DNA from: a candidate division WS6 bacterium GW2011_GWF2_39_15
GTDB lineage: Bacteria > Patescibacteriota > Dojkabacteria > SC72
Reading direction: 5' to 3'
NCBI GenBank assembly: GCA_000993565.1
Contig: LBWK01000002.1
Coordinates: 224,800-288,799 of the forward strand
Length of the DNA: 64,000 nucleotides
The first letter of the stretch is position 1. Every line of letters begins with the position of its first letter. Below are positions 47,795 to 57,424 of this stretch, in pieces. The notes below the pieces were generated by a model. That model saw only the letters and a program-made list of their open reading frames with translations. It did not search any database and was not told the origin of the DNA. The translations under genes were made by a program, and so were the position numbers.

Positions 47795-48763
47795 ATGCAA
47801 GATACAATCTATAAAAACGTCGAAAATCTCGAACCCGTTATTTTAGAACTTCTTGAAACCAAAGCATTCAAAAGATTGGAATACGTCTCGCAGCTTGGAG
47901 TTCCCAAGAGGTATTATGAAGGGATCGGATTCTCAAGGTTAGAGCATAGCAAAGGGGTTTTTGTGCTTCTCCGAAATCTTGGAGCTTCTTTGGAAGAACA
48001 GATTGCAGGCCTTCTTCACGACATATCACACATGGCCTTTTCCCATGTAATAGATCATATCTATACAAATGACGTTGGTGATGAACTTCTTCAGGATCTT
48101 AGACATGAAAAAGTTATGTCAGAGTTTGATTCCTCTGTGATTCTTAAGAGATATGGTTATAACCCGACTAAACTGGCTCAAATGGATCTCTATAACCTTC
48201 TTGATCGTCCAATACCGTATCTTTGTGCTGATCGAATAGACTACTCCTTAAGGCAATTTCCATTAAAGGAGTCTAAGAGATTTGCCAAAAGCCTTATTTT
48301 GAAAGATGGAAGAATTGTTTTTAATGGGAAGGATAGTGCAAAGGAATTTGCGATCCTTTTTCTGAATGAATATGCAACAAACTGGGGGACATTCTGGAAC
48401 CTTGGTAAATATACATTAATGGCGGGAATGCTTAGGGAGGGTATTAAAGAAGAAATAATTTGTGAAGAGGATCTTTGGCAACCAGAAAACTGGATTCTGG
48501 AAAAATTGCTAAATTCTGGGAATCAGAAGATACAGACCATTCATAGTATCCTTTCATCTGGAAGGGATGCTATGAACAGCCTTCCTGTAACCGGAGATAA
48601 GAGTAGAAAGAAGTTTCGGTATGTTGATCCCGAGTTCCTTGATAAAGGAAAGATCTTAATCCTAAGTAATGTAGATTCAGAGTTTAACCAGCTTGTTGAA
48701 GAGGAGAGGAAGAAGAATGCCCATGGTATAGAGACTCCTGATATAGATAAATTGTTAAGATAA
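47795..48763 (+). CDS. HD-domain phosphohydrolase (dNTPase-like)
   Basis: FKRLEYVSQLG, RLEHSKG, LLHDISH, ADRIDY. Confidence 0.85.
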   Translation: MQDTIYKNVENLEPVILELLETKAFKRLEYVSQLGVPKRYYEGIGFSRLEHSKGVFVLLRNLGASLEEQIAGLLHDISHMAFSHVIDHIYTNDVGDELLQDLRHEKVMSEFDSSVILKRYGYNPTKLAQMDLYNLLDRPIPYLCADRIDYSLRQFPLKESKRFAKSLILKDGRIVFNGKDSAKEFAILFLNEYATNWGTFWNLGKYTLMAGMLREGIKEEIICEEDLWQPENWILEKLLNSGNQKIQTIHSILSSGRDAMNSLPVTGDKSRKKFRYVDPEFLDKGKILILSNVDSEFNQLVEEERKKNAHGIETPDIDKLLR

Positions 48764-48767
48764 TAGT

Positions 48768-48953
48768 GTGAATAAGATAAATGCTGTGTGGCACAAAGCA
48801 AATAAGATGCCGAGTAATGCTACATTTGAACAACGTCTCTTGTGGCATATTGAACATCAGAAAAATTGTAGATGCAGAGAAGGTTTTCCCGTTAAGCTTG
48901 CTCAGGAGGCAAAAATAAAAGGAATAATCTTGCCGTCAATTTCCAAGAAATAG
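48768..48953 (+). CDS. Small His/Cys-rich protein
   Basis: 61 aa, GTG start 4 nt after the HD gene; WH...MP...WHIEHQKNCRCR. Confidence 0.6.
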   Translation: MNKINAVWHKANKMPSNATFEQRLLWHIEHQKNCRCREGFPVKLAQEAKIKGIILPSISKK

Positions 48954-49051
48954 CTTTATAACGGGGTTTGTCATAAATAATTATCTATAGGTCAATTGAC
49001 ATCCGTATAGTGTCCATAATATCCTGAATAGTACTAATAAATAAGTTCTTT

Positions 49052-49570
49052 GTGTTTCAAATGACTGCCTCAAATACAAAGACAACTGATAAAAAGGTTG
49101 TTGCTCCAGTAAAAAGTATTCATGTGGTTGTATATGCCTGTACCAATTGTGGTGAAGAGGTAGAAGAGCTCAAACTTTGTAAGGAGTGCAACTCCCCAAT
49201 GAAGGTGATACAGGTATTTGAGAAATTCGGTGAGGATGCGGACAAATATCTATCACAGCTGAAGAAAGAAGGAGAATGGGATGCTGATTCGGTAACACCT
49301 AAAAAAGCTCATGCCGTCAATGATGGCGGTATAGATAGCGATGATCTGGAAGAGCTTGATATTCCAATAAAAGGTATTGCGGATGATCCTTTTGAAGAGG
49401 AAAAAGTTGATGTGGATGATTTAACTGATATCTTTCCTGATGACGGTCAGACAGCAGGAGTAGAACCTGATGTGGACTTCCAGAAGGCCCTTAGCGCACT
49501 AGATGAAGAAGAGGAAGATGTGAGTAAGGATCTGGAAGACTTAGGTCCAGACGGCCTTCCAGAACTCTAG
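49052..49570 (+). CDS. Zinc-ribbon protein with highly acidic C-terminus
   Basis: CTNC-x9-CKEC followed by a D/E-rich tail; TTGACA at 48996 upstream. Confidence 0.7.
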   Translation: MFQMTASNTKTTDKKVVAPVKSIHVVVYACTNCGEEVEELKLCKECNSPMKVIQVFEKFGEDADKYLSQLKKEGEWDADSVTPKKAHAVNDGGIDSDDLEELDIPIKGIADDPFEEEKVDVDDLTDIFPDDGQTAGVEPDVDFQKALSALDEEEEDVSKDLEDLGPDGLPEL

Positions 49571-49634
49571 ATCTCTATCCTATAACTTTCCTCACTATTT
49601 GTACATTTATGATTCTCCTGTTAAACTTCTTTAG

Positions 49635-50771
49635 ATGAAAGATCTCAAAGTTGCTATTGTTACGGAGTATATGACTGCCATTGGCGGTTCGGATAGGATT
49701 ATAGAATCACTTCTGAAAATATTTCCTGATGCGGAGATCTATACAGCATCTTTTGAAAAGAAGAATTATTCAAAGTTTGGAAATAAAGTATATACTCCTA
49801 AGTTCTTCAATTGGTTCCTTCGAAAGAGCCTTGGCAGAAGGGTTACGGTATTTCTACCTTTTCTTTTTGAGCAGTTTGACCTAAGAGGGTATGACCTTGT
49901 TGTCTCCGTTTCTGCCGGAGCATCAAAGGGTGTTATAACAATGCCTGATCAGCCGCACATCGGAATTATATGTACTCCTCCGAGGCACCAGTGGGATGGG
50001 GATATAAATATAAGGGGATCAATGTTTAAGAAAATCTATTTACTGGGTTCAAAGATAATATCAAGTTATATTCGAGTATGGGACGTAATAGCGGCAAAGA
50101 GGATTGACTACATAGTCTCCATCTCAAAGTTTATTAAAAGGAAAGTGTATAAACGATATCGTCGTGATTCTGTAGTTATATATCCCGGTATCAAAGATTT
50201 CTGGTTCGAGAAAGTAACAGAGGGGGAAAAGGAAAAAGTTCGGAATTCATATAAATTGCCTGAGGATTTCCTTCTTGTCGTTTCCAGATTATATGATTAC
50301 AAAAGGGTCGATTGGGCGATTAGGGCCGCTATTAATAGTCTCAAGCCGCTGGTAATTGCCGGCAATGGGCCAGACCTCAGATTTCTACAAAAGCTGGCTA
50401 AAGGACATGACAACATTATATTTCTTCCTAATCTTAATGATAATGAAGTCCGGTGTTTGTATAACATGGCAGAAGTATTGCTCTTTTGCGGAATAGAAGA
50501 TTTCGGGCTTATACCAGTAGAGGCAATGGCGAGCGGAACCCCTGTTTTTGCCTATAATACAGGCGGGGTGACGGAAACAGTTGAGAATGCTAAATCAGGT
50601 TATTACTTTGAGAGTGAGAGCGAACTTTTACGGCTGGTAAATGAAGGGAAATGGAAGAGCATTAAGCCTGAATGGTGTATAATGAGAGCACAAAAGTTTA
50701 CAGAATATCAGTTTATATCAAAGATTACTAAATACATTAAGGACATATATGAAAAAGAAAGGAGCAATTAA
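49635..50771 (+). CDS. GT4 glycosyltransferase (WbaZ-like)
   Basis: GGSDR, VSRLYDYKRVD, EDFGLIPVEAMASGTPV. Confidence 0.88.
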   Translation: MKDLKVAIVTEYMTAIGGSDRIIESLLKIFPDAEIYTASFEKKNYSKFGNKVYTPKFFNWFLRKSLGRRVTVFLPFLFEQFDLRGYDLVVSVSAGASKGVITMPDQPHIGIICTPPRHQWDGDINIRGSMFKKIYLLGSKIISSYIRVWDVIAAKRIDYIVSISKFIKRKVYKRYRRDSVVIYPGIKDFWFEKVTEGEKEKVRNSYKLPEDFLLVVSRLYDYKRVDWAIRAAINSLKPLVIAGNGPDLRFLQKLAKGHDNIIFLPNLNDNEVRCLYNMAEVLLFCGIEDFGLIPVEAMASGTPVFAYNTGGVTETVENAKSGYYFESESELLRLVNEGKWKSIKPEWCIMRAQKFTEYQFISKITKYIKDIYEKERSN

Positions 50772-51900
50772 GGTTGCAATTGTAATTGATTCTTTGATTA
50801 CGTATGGGGGTGGGGAAAAGGTCTTACACCAGCTTCTGAAGTTATATCCTGATGCAACCGTTTTTACATCAATATCGGATAGAAAGCTGCTTAAGGAGTT
50901 TTTCCCGAAAATTAGAATCAAAAATTCCTTTATACAATATATTCCTTTTGAGAAGTATTTTAGAAGAGAGTTGTACCTTTTGTATCCGTTGGCATACAGG
51001 GCTTTCTCTTTTTTCTCATATGACGTGGTGATATCAATCTCTTCGGCTTTTGCTAAATATGTGAGGCCTTGGAATCGAAAAACCAAGCATATTCTTTATT
51101 GCTTAACACCTCCAAAGTTCTTTTGGATGAAGGAGGGGAGGGCAACAAAGAATATTACTAATTTGTCGTATCGTTTCTACGCATACTTCATGGGGACATT
51201 TCTAGAAAGAATCTGGCAGTACTGGGATAGGAAAGCTGCTCGAAGGGCTGATAGAGTAATCGCAATTTCCAACGAAGTTAAGGATAGGATCAAAAAGTTT
51301 TATGATCTTGATTCTGATATCCTATATCCACCGGTAGAGGTTTCCGAAATACCATTTAACAAGGATAAGGATACGCGTGAGAATTGGTTTTTGTATATGG
51401 GGAGAATTGAAAGGTATAAGGGCGTGCACTTGGCGATTGCGGCCTGTGCACAGGCACACATTCCTCTAAAAATTGCCGGAGTTGGTTCCCAAATGGAAGA
51501 TATGAAGGCTTTAGTAAATGAATTGAATGCAAAGGGGATTATAAAGTTGCTTGGTTTCCCCACTGATGAACAGAAGTATGAACTAATGAGAAAATGTAAA
51601 GCTTTGATATTTCCTGCCCGCGATGAAGACTTTGGTATTGTACCTGTTGAGGCTAATGCTGCCGGTGCACCAGTTATTGCCTATAAGGGTGGCGGCACTG
51701 TTGAAACGATAAGTGAAAGCAATCCTAAGACGGGAGTTTTCTTTAAGGAGTGGAATGCTAGAGAGCTCGCACGAACTATTAGTGAGTTTGATTCGCAGGA
51801 ATATGATCCGCATAACTGCCGTAAGCAGGCGGAGCAATTTTCCGCAGAGCTTTTTAGATATAAATTCAAGGGTTTAGTTAATGATGTACAGACTGCTTAA
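50749..51900 (+). CDS. GT4 glycosyltransferase (WbaZ-like), paralogue of the upstream gene
   Basis: GGGEKV, GRIERYKGV, EDFGIVPVEANAAGAPV. Confidence 0.88.
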   Translation: MKKKGAIKVAIVIDSLITYGGGEKVLHQLLKLYPDATVFTSISDRKLLKEFFPKIRIKNSFIQYIPFEKYFRRELYLLYPLAYRAFSFFSYDVVISISSAFAKYVRPWNRKTKHILYCLTPPKFFWMKEGRATKNITNLSYRFYAYFMGTFLERIWQYWDRKAARRADRVIAISNEVKDRIKKFYDLDSDILYPPVEVSEIPFNKDKDTRENWFLYMGRIERYKGVHLAIAACAQAHIPLKIAGVGSQMEDMKALVNELNAKGIIKLLGFPTDEQKYELMRKCKALIFPARDEDFGIVPVEANAAGAPVIAYKGGGTVETISESNPKTGVFFKEWNARELARTISEFDSQEYDPHNCRKQAEQFSAELFRYKFKGLVNDVQTA

Positions 51901-52531
51901 GCGAATCCTAGACATCATCATTGCGGTACCCTCGCTACTAGTAGCCTCACCACTCCTGATACTAATTGCACTAGCTATTAAACTGGATGGTACAAATGGT
52001 CCTGTATTCAATGAGTCAAGTACCCGATTAGGAAGAGGTAAGAAGCCTTTTTTTATGTACAAGTTTCGTTCAATGGAGAAAGGCTCTCATATCGAATTCT
52101 GGAAAAGGCATCCCGAATTAAAGGCACTTAAGCAGGAGCTTGAGCAGAAGGGTAAGCTCCCTTCGAGTAGAGATCCTCGAGTGACAAAAGTGGGGAGATT
52201 CATAAGGAAAACTGACCTCGACGAACTTCCCCAGCTATTTAATGTAATACGTGGGGAAATGAGCATTGTTGGGCCGAGAGCTCCGTTTAAGGAAGAAGTT
52301 GAAAGGTATCTAGAGTTATATCCTGATATCAGGGAAGGTATTGATGATGCATACTCTGTAAAACCAGGTATAACAGGCATATGGCAGGTTTCCGGGAGAA
52401 ACTCAATATCGACTCCAGACCGTTATAAAATGGAAGCCGGCTATGCAAGAAGAAAAAATATTCTCGATGATATCAAAATTATTTTGAAGACACCGTTTGT
52501 AGTTCTCACTCGCAAGGGATCCACTGATTAG
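51881..52531 (+). CDS. Monotopic phosphoglycosyl transferase (bacterial sugar transferase)
   Basis: KRILD, YKFRSM, DPRVT, LDELPQL, SIVGPR, KPGITGIWQVSGR. Confidence 0.92.
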   Translation: MMYRLLKRILDIIIAVPSLLVASPLLILIALAIKLDGTNGPVFNESSTRLGRGKKPFFMYKFRSMEKGSHIEFWKRHPELKALKQELEQKGKLPSSRDPRVTKVGRFIRKTDLDELPQLFNVIRGEMSIVGPRAPFKEEVERYLELYPDIREGIDDAYSVKPGITGIWQVSGRNSISTPDRYKMEAGYARRKNILDDIKIILKTPFVVLTRKGSTD

Positions 52532-52554
52532 AAGATCTTTCCTGTATAATCGTA

Positions 52555-53190
52555 ATGATGCGAAACTTTAGAGATAGAGTCGTTATTCTTAAGTCCATTA
52601 ACTACTCTGAGGCCGACAAAATACTTATAGTCTTTGGTAAAGAATTTGGCAAATTCTCTTTACTGGCTAAAGGAATGCGAAAACTTACTAGCAAGAATAG
52701 AGGGAATATGCAGACACTGTCGATAGCAGATATATCTTTTTACAAAGGACAGGGAATGCCTCTGCTTCTTGAGACAAAGGCTGTTGTTATACCTGATTTC
52801 ACTATTCTTGATATAGATAATACCCGCCGTGTTCTTCATCTTGTCTCTAGGCTAACAGGGGAAGAGCAGCCATATCCCAAAGTTTTTGATGCCTTAGTAA
52901 GTGCGATTAAAGGGGGATTGGATGATGAACGGACTAATAGATTTAGAGTCCTCCTTTTGATAGAAGAAGGTTTGATTCATGATATGAGACAGTGCAGTAT
53001 TTGTGGCAAATCTATTGACCTGGATTTCTTTCAATTGTCTTCTTTTGTATTGATATGTAAAAATTGTTATAGTAGTAAAAAGTGGCCTAGTTCAGATATT
53101 ATTGGAACAGCCCACAACCTGTATAGTAATTCTAAATTTGTGAAAGCCATGGATAGTTATATAGATAATCTATTGTTAGAGCTAGTTTAA
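52555..53190 (+). CDS. recO: DNA repair protein RecO
   Basis: YSEADKI...GK...AKG.RK, C-terminal CSIC...CKNC zinc finger. Confidence 0.88.
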   Translation: MMRNFRDRVVILKSINYSEADKILIVFGKEFGKFSLLAKGMRKLTSKNRGNMQTLSIADISFYKGQGMPLLLETKAVVIPDFTILDIDNTRRVLHLVSRLTGEEQPYPKVFDALVSAIKGGLDDERTNRFRVLLLIEEGLIHDMRQCSICGKSIDLDFFQLSSFVLICKNCYSSKKWPSSDIIGTAHNLYSNSKFVKAMDSYIDNLLLELV

Positions 53191-53191
53191 A

Positions 53192-55030
53192 GTGAAAAAG
53201 TCTATTTTTGTATACTTCATCCTCCTTGTTATCCTGTTTCTCATTCCTATCTACCTGGTTTATATAAGAAATGTAAATGCTTCATCGGTTAAGGGTCTGC
53301 ATACCGCAACAGTTTCCGCCTCAATTGATATAGACCCTTATTCTACAGTCGCTATAAATGCTCCTAATACTGAAGTCGGACTCAGTCGAGATGTGAGGGT
53401 ACGAATAACTGATAGAAATGGTACTCCTCTTGTAAACCGAAATGTTGTCCTTTATACAGATATTCCTGGACAGCTTCAGTTTGTCCAGCCCCCACTCACT
53501 GACTCAGATGGAATAGCGGACGGGGAGGTGACATCTTTAATCCCTGGTGTTTTTACAGTGAAAGCAAAGGATGTTACCTTCAGTACTGAGATTCTTATCC
53601 AGGACACAGAGGCATTATATGTTTTTCCAATTCCTTCACCTGTTGTTAGTGAGGAGCCGTACTATACAGCAGGCACTGCAAATACTGTATCCTGCTCAGA
53701 AATTAACGGATTAGACGGCCATTATCTGTATCAATTTCAAGTGGCGACTGATAATGCATTTAGTAAAATTGTTTCAACATCGCCTTTATCTTCGTCTTTA
53801 GAGCATACCTTTTCCGGACTTAGCCATAATATCATGTACTTTTACAGGGCTAGGGCACAGAATAGCGGTGGGCAGTTTAGTGAATGGTCAGACCCTGTGT
53901 TTAGTGCACAAGATAATGTCCCACCCGTTTTTGTGTATGTAGAAGGGGCTAAAATGATTAAGATAAAGAGCTCTTTTCAGATAGAGTTTAAGTTTAATAT
54001 TGTTGAGGAACATTTCTTGAAGTCAATTAAACTTTTTTGTAAAACCAGTGCTGGGCTGAAATCGTGCGGGACACTGCAGGTGACGGGGAATAGCTATACT
54101 GCGGTTATCCCTTTTGAACAGTTGGAGAGGGGAAGGTTTTTGAATTATAAGGATAGTTACACTTTTTGTGTATCCATTGTTGACAATGCTGATCGGGTAA
54201 CTCAAAGCTGCAACTTCAAAATTGATTTCGAGCCCCAGTCCAACATTCCTGATGTTCCAATAGTTGTTGAAGTTGTGAATGTAATTCTTGGGAATATTAA
54301 TAAAACCTTGAATGCTATAGACAGTACTATTTCAAATTATTTTGTAGGCCTGGCAAATATATACCTAACATTAGTAGGTCTTCTATTGTTGCTTCTTTCA
54401 ATGTTATTTTCACTAGCGGTTCTTATTGGAAATATGGCGTTGATCCCGGTTTTCCTTCATTCACTTCTGAACGCATTCAGGGAGAGAGTAGGGTTTAGAT
54501 CTCATGGAGCTCCATGTGGTACTGTATACGATGTTGAGACCAAGAAACCTATTAAGTATGCTACGGTTTATATTTACGATAACCATAACTCACTGCTTCG
54601 TACGGATGTTACAGATGCAGATGGATTGTTCAAAGCCAGACTTGATACTGGACGATACCGAATTGTTGTTAAAAGGAAAGGATATTTGTTCCCAAGTATA
54701 ATTGCAAAAAAAGATGAGGATGAGAAATACAAGCATGTATATAAGGGTGACATTGTAATTGTATCTAAGCGTAATCCAATGAATATCTCTATTCCACTTG
54801 ATCCTATGAATATGATGGATAATGATATGAAAAAGGGTCTGGTTAAGGCAAAAGTCCTTCACTTTATTAAGCACCTTAATGTTCTTGTTACTGTAATTGG
54901 GCTGGTTATAGCGTTCTATGCTTTTGAAAAGAGTGTTAATTGGTTTAACCTGATACTTCTTCTTCTGTATATTCCTGTGTTTGGAATCTATCTTAAGAGT
55001 GTTGTAAGGTTGAATATAGGAATGAAGTAG
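53192..55030 (+). CDS. Membrane protein with Ig-like and Fn3-like domains and a carboxypeptidase-regulatory-like domain
   Basis: N-terminal TM, TDSDGIA Ig-like motif, YFYRARA...SEWS, internal TM, GTVYD...TDADG...GRYRI, C-terminal TM pair. Confidence 0.7.
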   Translation: MKKSIFVYFILLVILFLIPIYLVYIRNVNASSVKGLHTATVSASIDIDPYSTVAINAPNTEVGLSRDVRVRITDRNGTPLVNRNVVLYTDIPGQLQFVQPPLTDSDGIADGEVTSLIPGVFTVKAKDVTFSTEILIQDTEALYVFPIPSPVVSEEPYYTAGTANTVSCSEINGLDGHYLYQFQVATDNAFSKIVSTSPLSSSLEHTFSGLSHNIMYFYRARAQNSGGQFSEWSDPVFSAQDNVPPVFVYVEGAKMIKIKSSFQIEFKFNIVEEHFLKSIKLFCKTSAGLKSCGTLQVTGNSYTAVIPFEQLERGRFLNYKDSYTFCVSIVDNADRVTQSCNFKIDFEPQSNIPDVPIVVEVVNVILGNINKTLNAIDSTISNYFVGLANIYLTLVGLLLLLLSMLFSLAVLIGNMALIPVFLHSLLNAFRERVGFRSHGAPCGTVYDVETKKPIKYATVYIYDNHNSLLRTDVTDADGLFKARLDTGRYRIVVKRKGYLFPSIIAKKDEDEKYKHVYKGDIVIVSKRNPMNISIPLDPMNMMDNDMKKGLVKAKVLHFIKHLNVLVTVIGLVIAFYAFEKSVNWFNLILLLLYIPVFGIYLKSVVRLNIGMK

Positions 55031-55035
55031 TTATA

Positions 55036-55064
55036 TTGAAAAAATCTCATTATGTTGATATCAT
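55036..55064 (+). promoter_or_regulatory. Sigma70-type promoter of the tRNA
   Basis: TTGAAA-17 nt-TATCAT with extended TG. Confidence 0.55.
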
Positions 55065-55085
55065 CTACAGATTTAGAACCTTTAA

Positions 55086-55161
55086 GGATGTGTAGCTCAA
55101 TTGGTAGAGCAAGCGGCTCTTAACCGTTAGGTTCAGGGTTCGATTCCCTGCACATCCACCA
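55086..55161 (+). tRNA. tRNA-Lys (anticodon CTT)
   Basis: Acceptor stem GGATGTG/CACATCC, D-arm AGCTCAATTGGTAGAGC, anticodon loop CTCTTAA (CTT 55119-55121), GGTTCGATTCC T-arm, encoded CCA; 76 nt. Confidence 0.96.
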
Positions 55162-55182
55162 CTTTTTTTTATACTATCTCAT

Positions 55183-55581
55183 ATGAGGCCAAAGTCACGT
55201 ATTGAAAGAAGTGAGTTTGAGAGTGATCCCATAACCGCTTTAAAAGGCTATTATCCAGATAGAGATGATGTTACCGTGGTATTGGCAGTGGAGATTGAAA
55301 AAGCCTTTGATGAGGGAGAATTGTTAGAATATCCACCTCGTATTATATTTCTGGAGCAGAAGCAGGCAGTTTTGAAAATTGATTGGAGTGCAGTTTTATG
55401 CTGCTTGCGTAGTTTTGAAAAGAAATACGGTTACTTTCCAAGAGAGGCCAATCTTCCTTACCACAACCCTAATCTCTCACTCTTACCTGATGAGAGAGTA
55501 AGAGTACAAGAAATGATTGAAAATCGTCTTAAAGAGTACAATATCCGCCTAATGTTTTCTGGACAAGTATTTTTCATGTAG
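55183..55581 (+). CDS. Hypothetical protein
   Basis: 132 aa ORF, TATACT 7 nt upstream. Confidence 0.55.
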   Translation: MRPKSRIERSEFESDPITALKGYYPDRDDVTVVLAVEIEKAFDEGELLEYPPRIIFLEQKQAVLKIDWSAVLCCLRSFEKKYGYFPREANLPYHNPNLSLLPDERVRVQEMIENRLKEYNIRLMFSGQVFFM

Positions 55582-55596
55582 AAGGTCTCTGTGTAT

Positions 55597-55648
55597 TTGA
55601 CTTTCCCTCCCCCACTTGCTATAAATATCTAGTCCCCTATGGGGGGAT
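55597..55648 (+). promoter_or_regulatory. Copper operon promoter with CsoR-type C/G-tract operator
   Basis: TTGACT (55597)-17 nt-TATAAA (55620) with extended TG; TCCCCTATGGGGGGA at 55633-55647. Confidence 0.7.
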
Positions 55649-55680
55649 CGGATAAGGGTGTAAATTGAAATGGATATCGT

Positions 55681-55938
55681 ATGAAAACACACAAAGAAAA
55701 GGTTACTCATAGAATTCAAATAATAGAAGGACATATCAAAGCCATTAAACGCATGATTGAATCGGATGGATATTGTGTTGATATAGTTCTTCAATCCCTT
55801 GCTGTACAAAAAGCCTTAAAGAAACTTGATGGTGTAATAATTGAAAACCATATGAGAACATGTCTTGTAGAACAGATAAAGAAGGGTAAAAGTGAAGAAG
55901 CGGTTAAAGAGCTTCTGGATATATATAAACTCAGTTGA
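55681..55938 (+). CDS. csoR: CsoR/RcnR-family copper-sensing repressor
   Basis: RIQIIEGHI, YCVDIVLQ, NHMRTC (Cys-His-Cys ligands); upstream of copA. Confidence 0.9.
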   Translation: MKTHKEKVTHRIQIIEGHIKAIKRMIESDGYCVDIVLQSLAVQKALKKLDGVIIENHMRTCLVEQIKKGKSEEAVKELLDIYKLS

Positions 55939-55946
55939 TAACTTCT

Positions 55947-57413
55947 ATGTCAGGCAAAAAGCCAAGAAAGTCAGCCGGTAAAGATAGTAACTTGAAAGAG
56001 TGTACATATTACATTGATGGTATGCACTGTGCGTCTTGTGAGGTTCTAATAGAAAAGAAGCTAATAAAGGAGAAGAGTGTTGAAAATGTTGATGCATCCC
56101 TGGGTGATGGAAAGGTGGTTTTTCAGTATAACGGTGAAAAACCAAGTCCTGATTACCTGACAAGCATTTTTAAAGAAAGTGGGTATACATTTTCAGAGAG
56201 AAAATATAAAAAAGAAAAGGAGACTCCTATTTTCCAGGTTCATGATGGCCTTTTAGAAATAAACCGACAGAAACTCGCAGGGGCGATTAATGTTCTTATA
56301 GCGGTTTTAATTATTCTTTTCGGGTTCAAGGCTATTGAAGATACTGGTATTGCCGGAAATATAGTCCTTAGCAATTCATCAACTTATTTCTCGTTCTTCA
56401 TCTTTGGAATATTTGCCGGCCTTTCAAGCTGTGCGGCATTAATTGGAGGGCTTTTGTTGTCACTTTCCAAGCAGTGGAGTGAGCTGTACATTGAGTCTGA
56501 TTCAAAAGTTCAAAGACTAAAACCGTTTACTATGTTCAATGTAGGCAGGCTTCTCTCTTTTGTTATTCTTGGAGGACTCTTGGGAGCTTTGGGATCAGCA
56601 TTGGGCATCTCATTAAATAGGGCACCGGCTTTGACTGCTGTTGTTGTAATGATTGTTTCAGCAATTATGCTGGTACTTGGACTGCAGATGCTGGGTATCA
56701 AATGGGCATACAAATTTAAGATTGCTCTCCCCAAGTTCTTAACACGAGGAATTTCCTCTGAGGAGAAGTTTAAAGGTAAAAGTATGCCGTTTCTTGTCGG
56801 AGCCCTCACGTTCTTTCTGCCATGCGGATTTACATTAATAGCACAGGGCTTAGCATTAACATCTGGGAGTTTTCTGAGAGGGTCATTAATGATGTTGGCA
56901 TTTGCATTAGGTACACTACCTATGTTGGGGCTTATTAGCCTCACAAGTGTAAATGTTACAAAAAAGCCCAGGCTTAATGCACTCTTCAGTAGTATATCCG
57001 GAGTTTTAGTAGTTCTTTTTTCTCTCTATAATTTCAACTCCCAGCTGAATGTACTTGGATTTAAAAGCGCGAGTGATATAAAAATAGTTCAGGGGAGCGA
57101 TGCAAAGAAGGAGATTGCTACCGTCCCTGTAGATGAGAATGGTGTACAAATAATGAAGTTAACTGCAAAGGGCTTTGCATATACTCCTCAAACAGAAACG
57201 ACTTTAAAAGCGGGTGTTCCTGCCAAGATGGTTGTGGATAATCAGGGAATGCAGGGATGTGGTGTCTACATGGCGGCAAGAGGTTTGATAAAAAGCTATG
57301 TATTTCTTGAACCCGGTGAAAATGAGGTTGATCTCGGTGCTCCGACCAAAGGAACGTACAAATTGACTTGCAGTATGGGAATGGTTCCTCCTGTGACTAT
57401 AAAGGTAATTTAA
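55947..57413 (+). CDS. HMA domain + DsbD/CcdA-like TM domain + cupredoxin-like domain fusion
   Basis: GMHCASC; SSCAALIGG and FFLPCG TM cysteines; C-terminal GC...TCSMGM. Confidence 0.85.
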   Translation: MSGKKPRKSAGKDSNLKECTYYIDGMHCASCEVLIEKKLIKEKSVENVDASLGDGKVVFQYNGEKPSPDYLTSIFKESGYTFSERKYKKEKETPIFQVHDGLLEINRQKLAGAINVLIAVLIILFGFKAIEDTGIAGNIVLSNSSTYFSFFIFGIFAGLSSCAALIGGLLLSLSKQWSELYIESDSKVQRLKPFTMFNVGRLLSFVILGGLLGALGSALGISLNRAPALTAVVVMIVSAIMLVLGLQMLGIKWAYKFKIALPKFLTRGISSEEKFKGKSMPFLVGALTFFLPCGFTLIAQGLALTSGSFLRGSLMMLAFALGTLPMLGLISLTSVNVTKKPRLNALFSSISGVLVVLFSLYNFNSQLNVLGFKSASDIKIVQGSDAKKEIATVPVDENGVQIMKLTAKGFAYTPQTETTLKAGVPAKMVVDNQGMQGCGVYMAARGLIKSYVFLEPGENEVDLGAPTKGTYKLTCSMGMVPPVTIKVI

Positions 57414-57424
57414 TAGGAATAATT

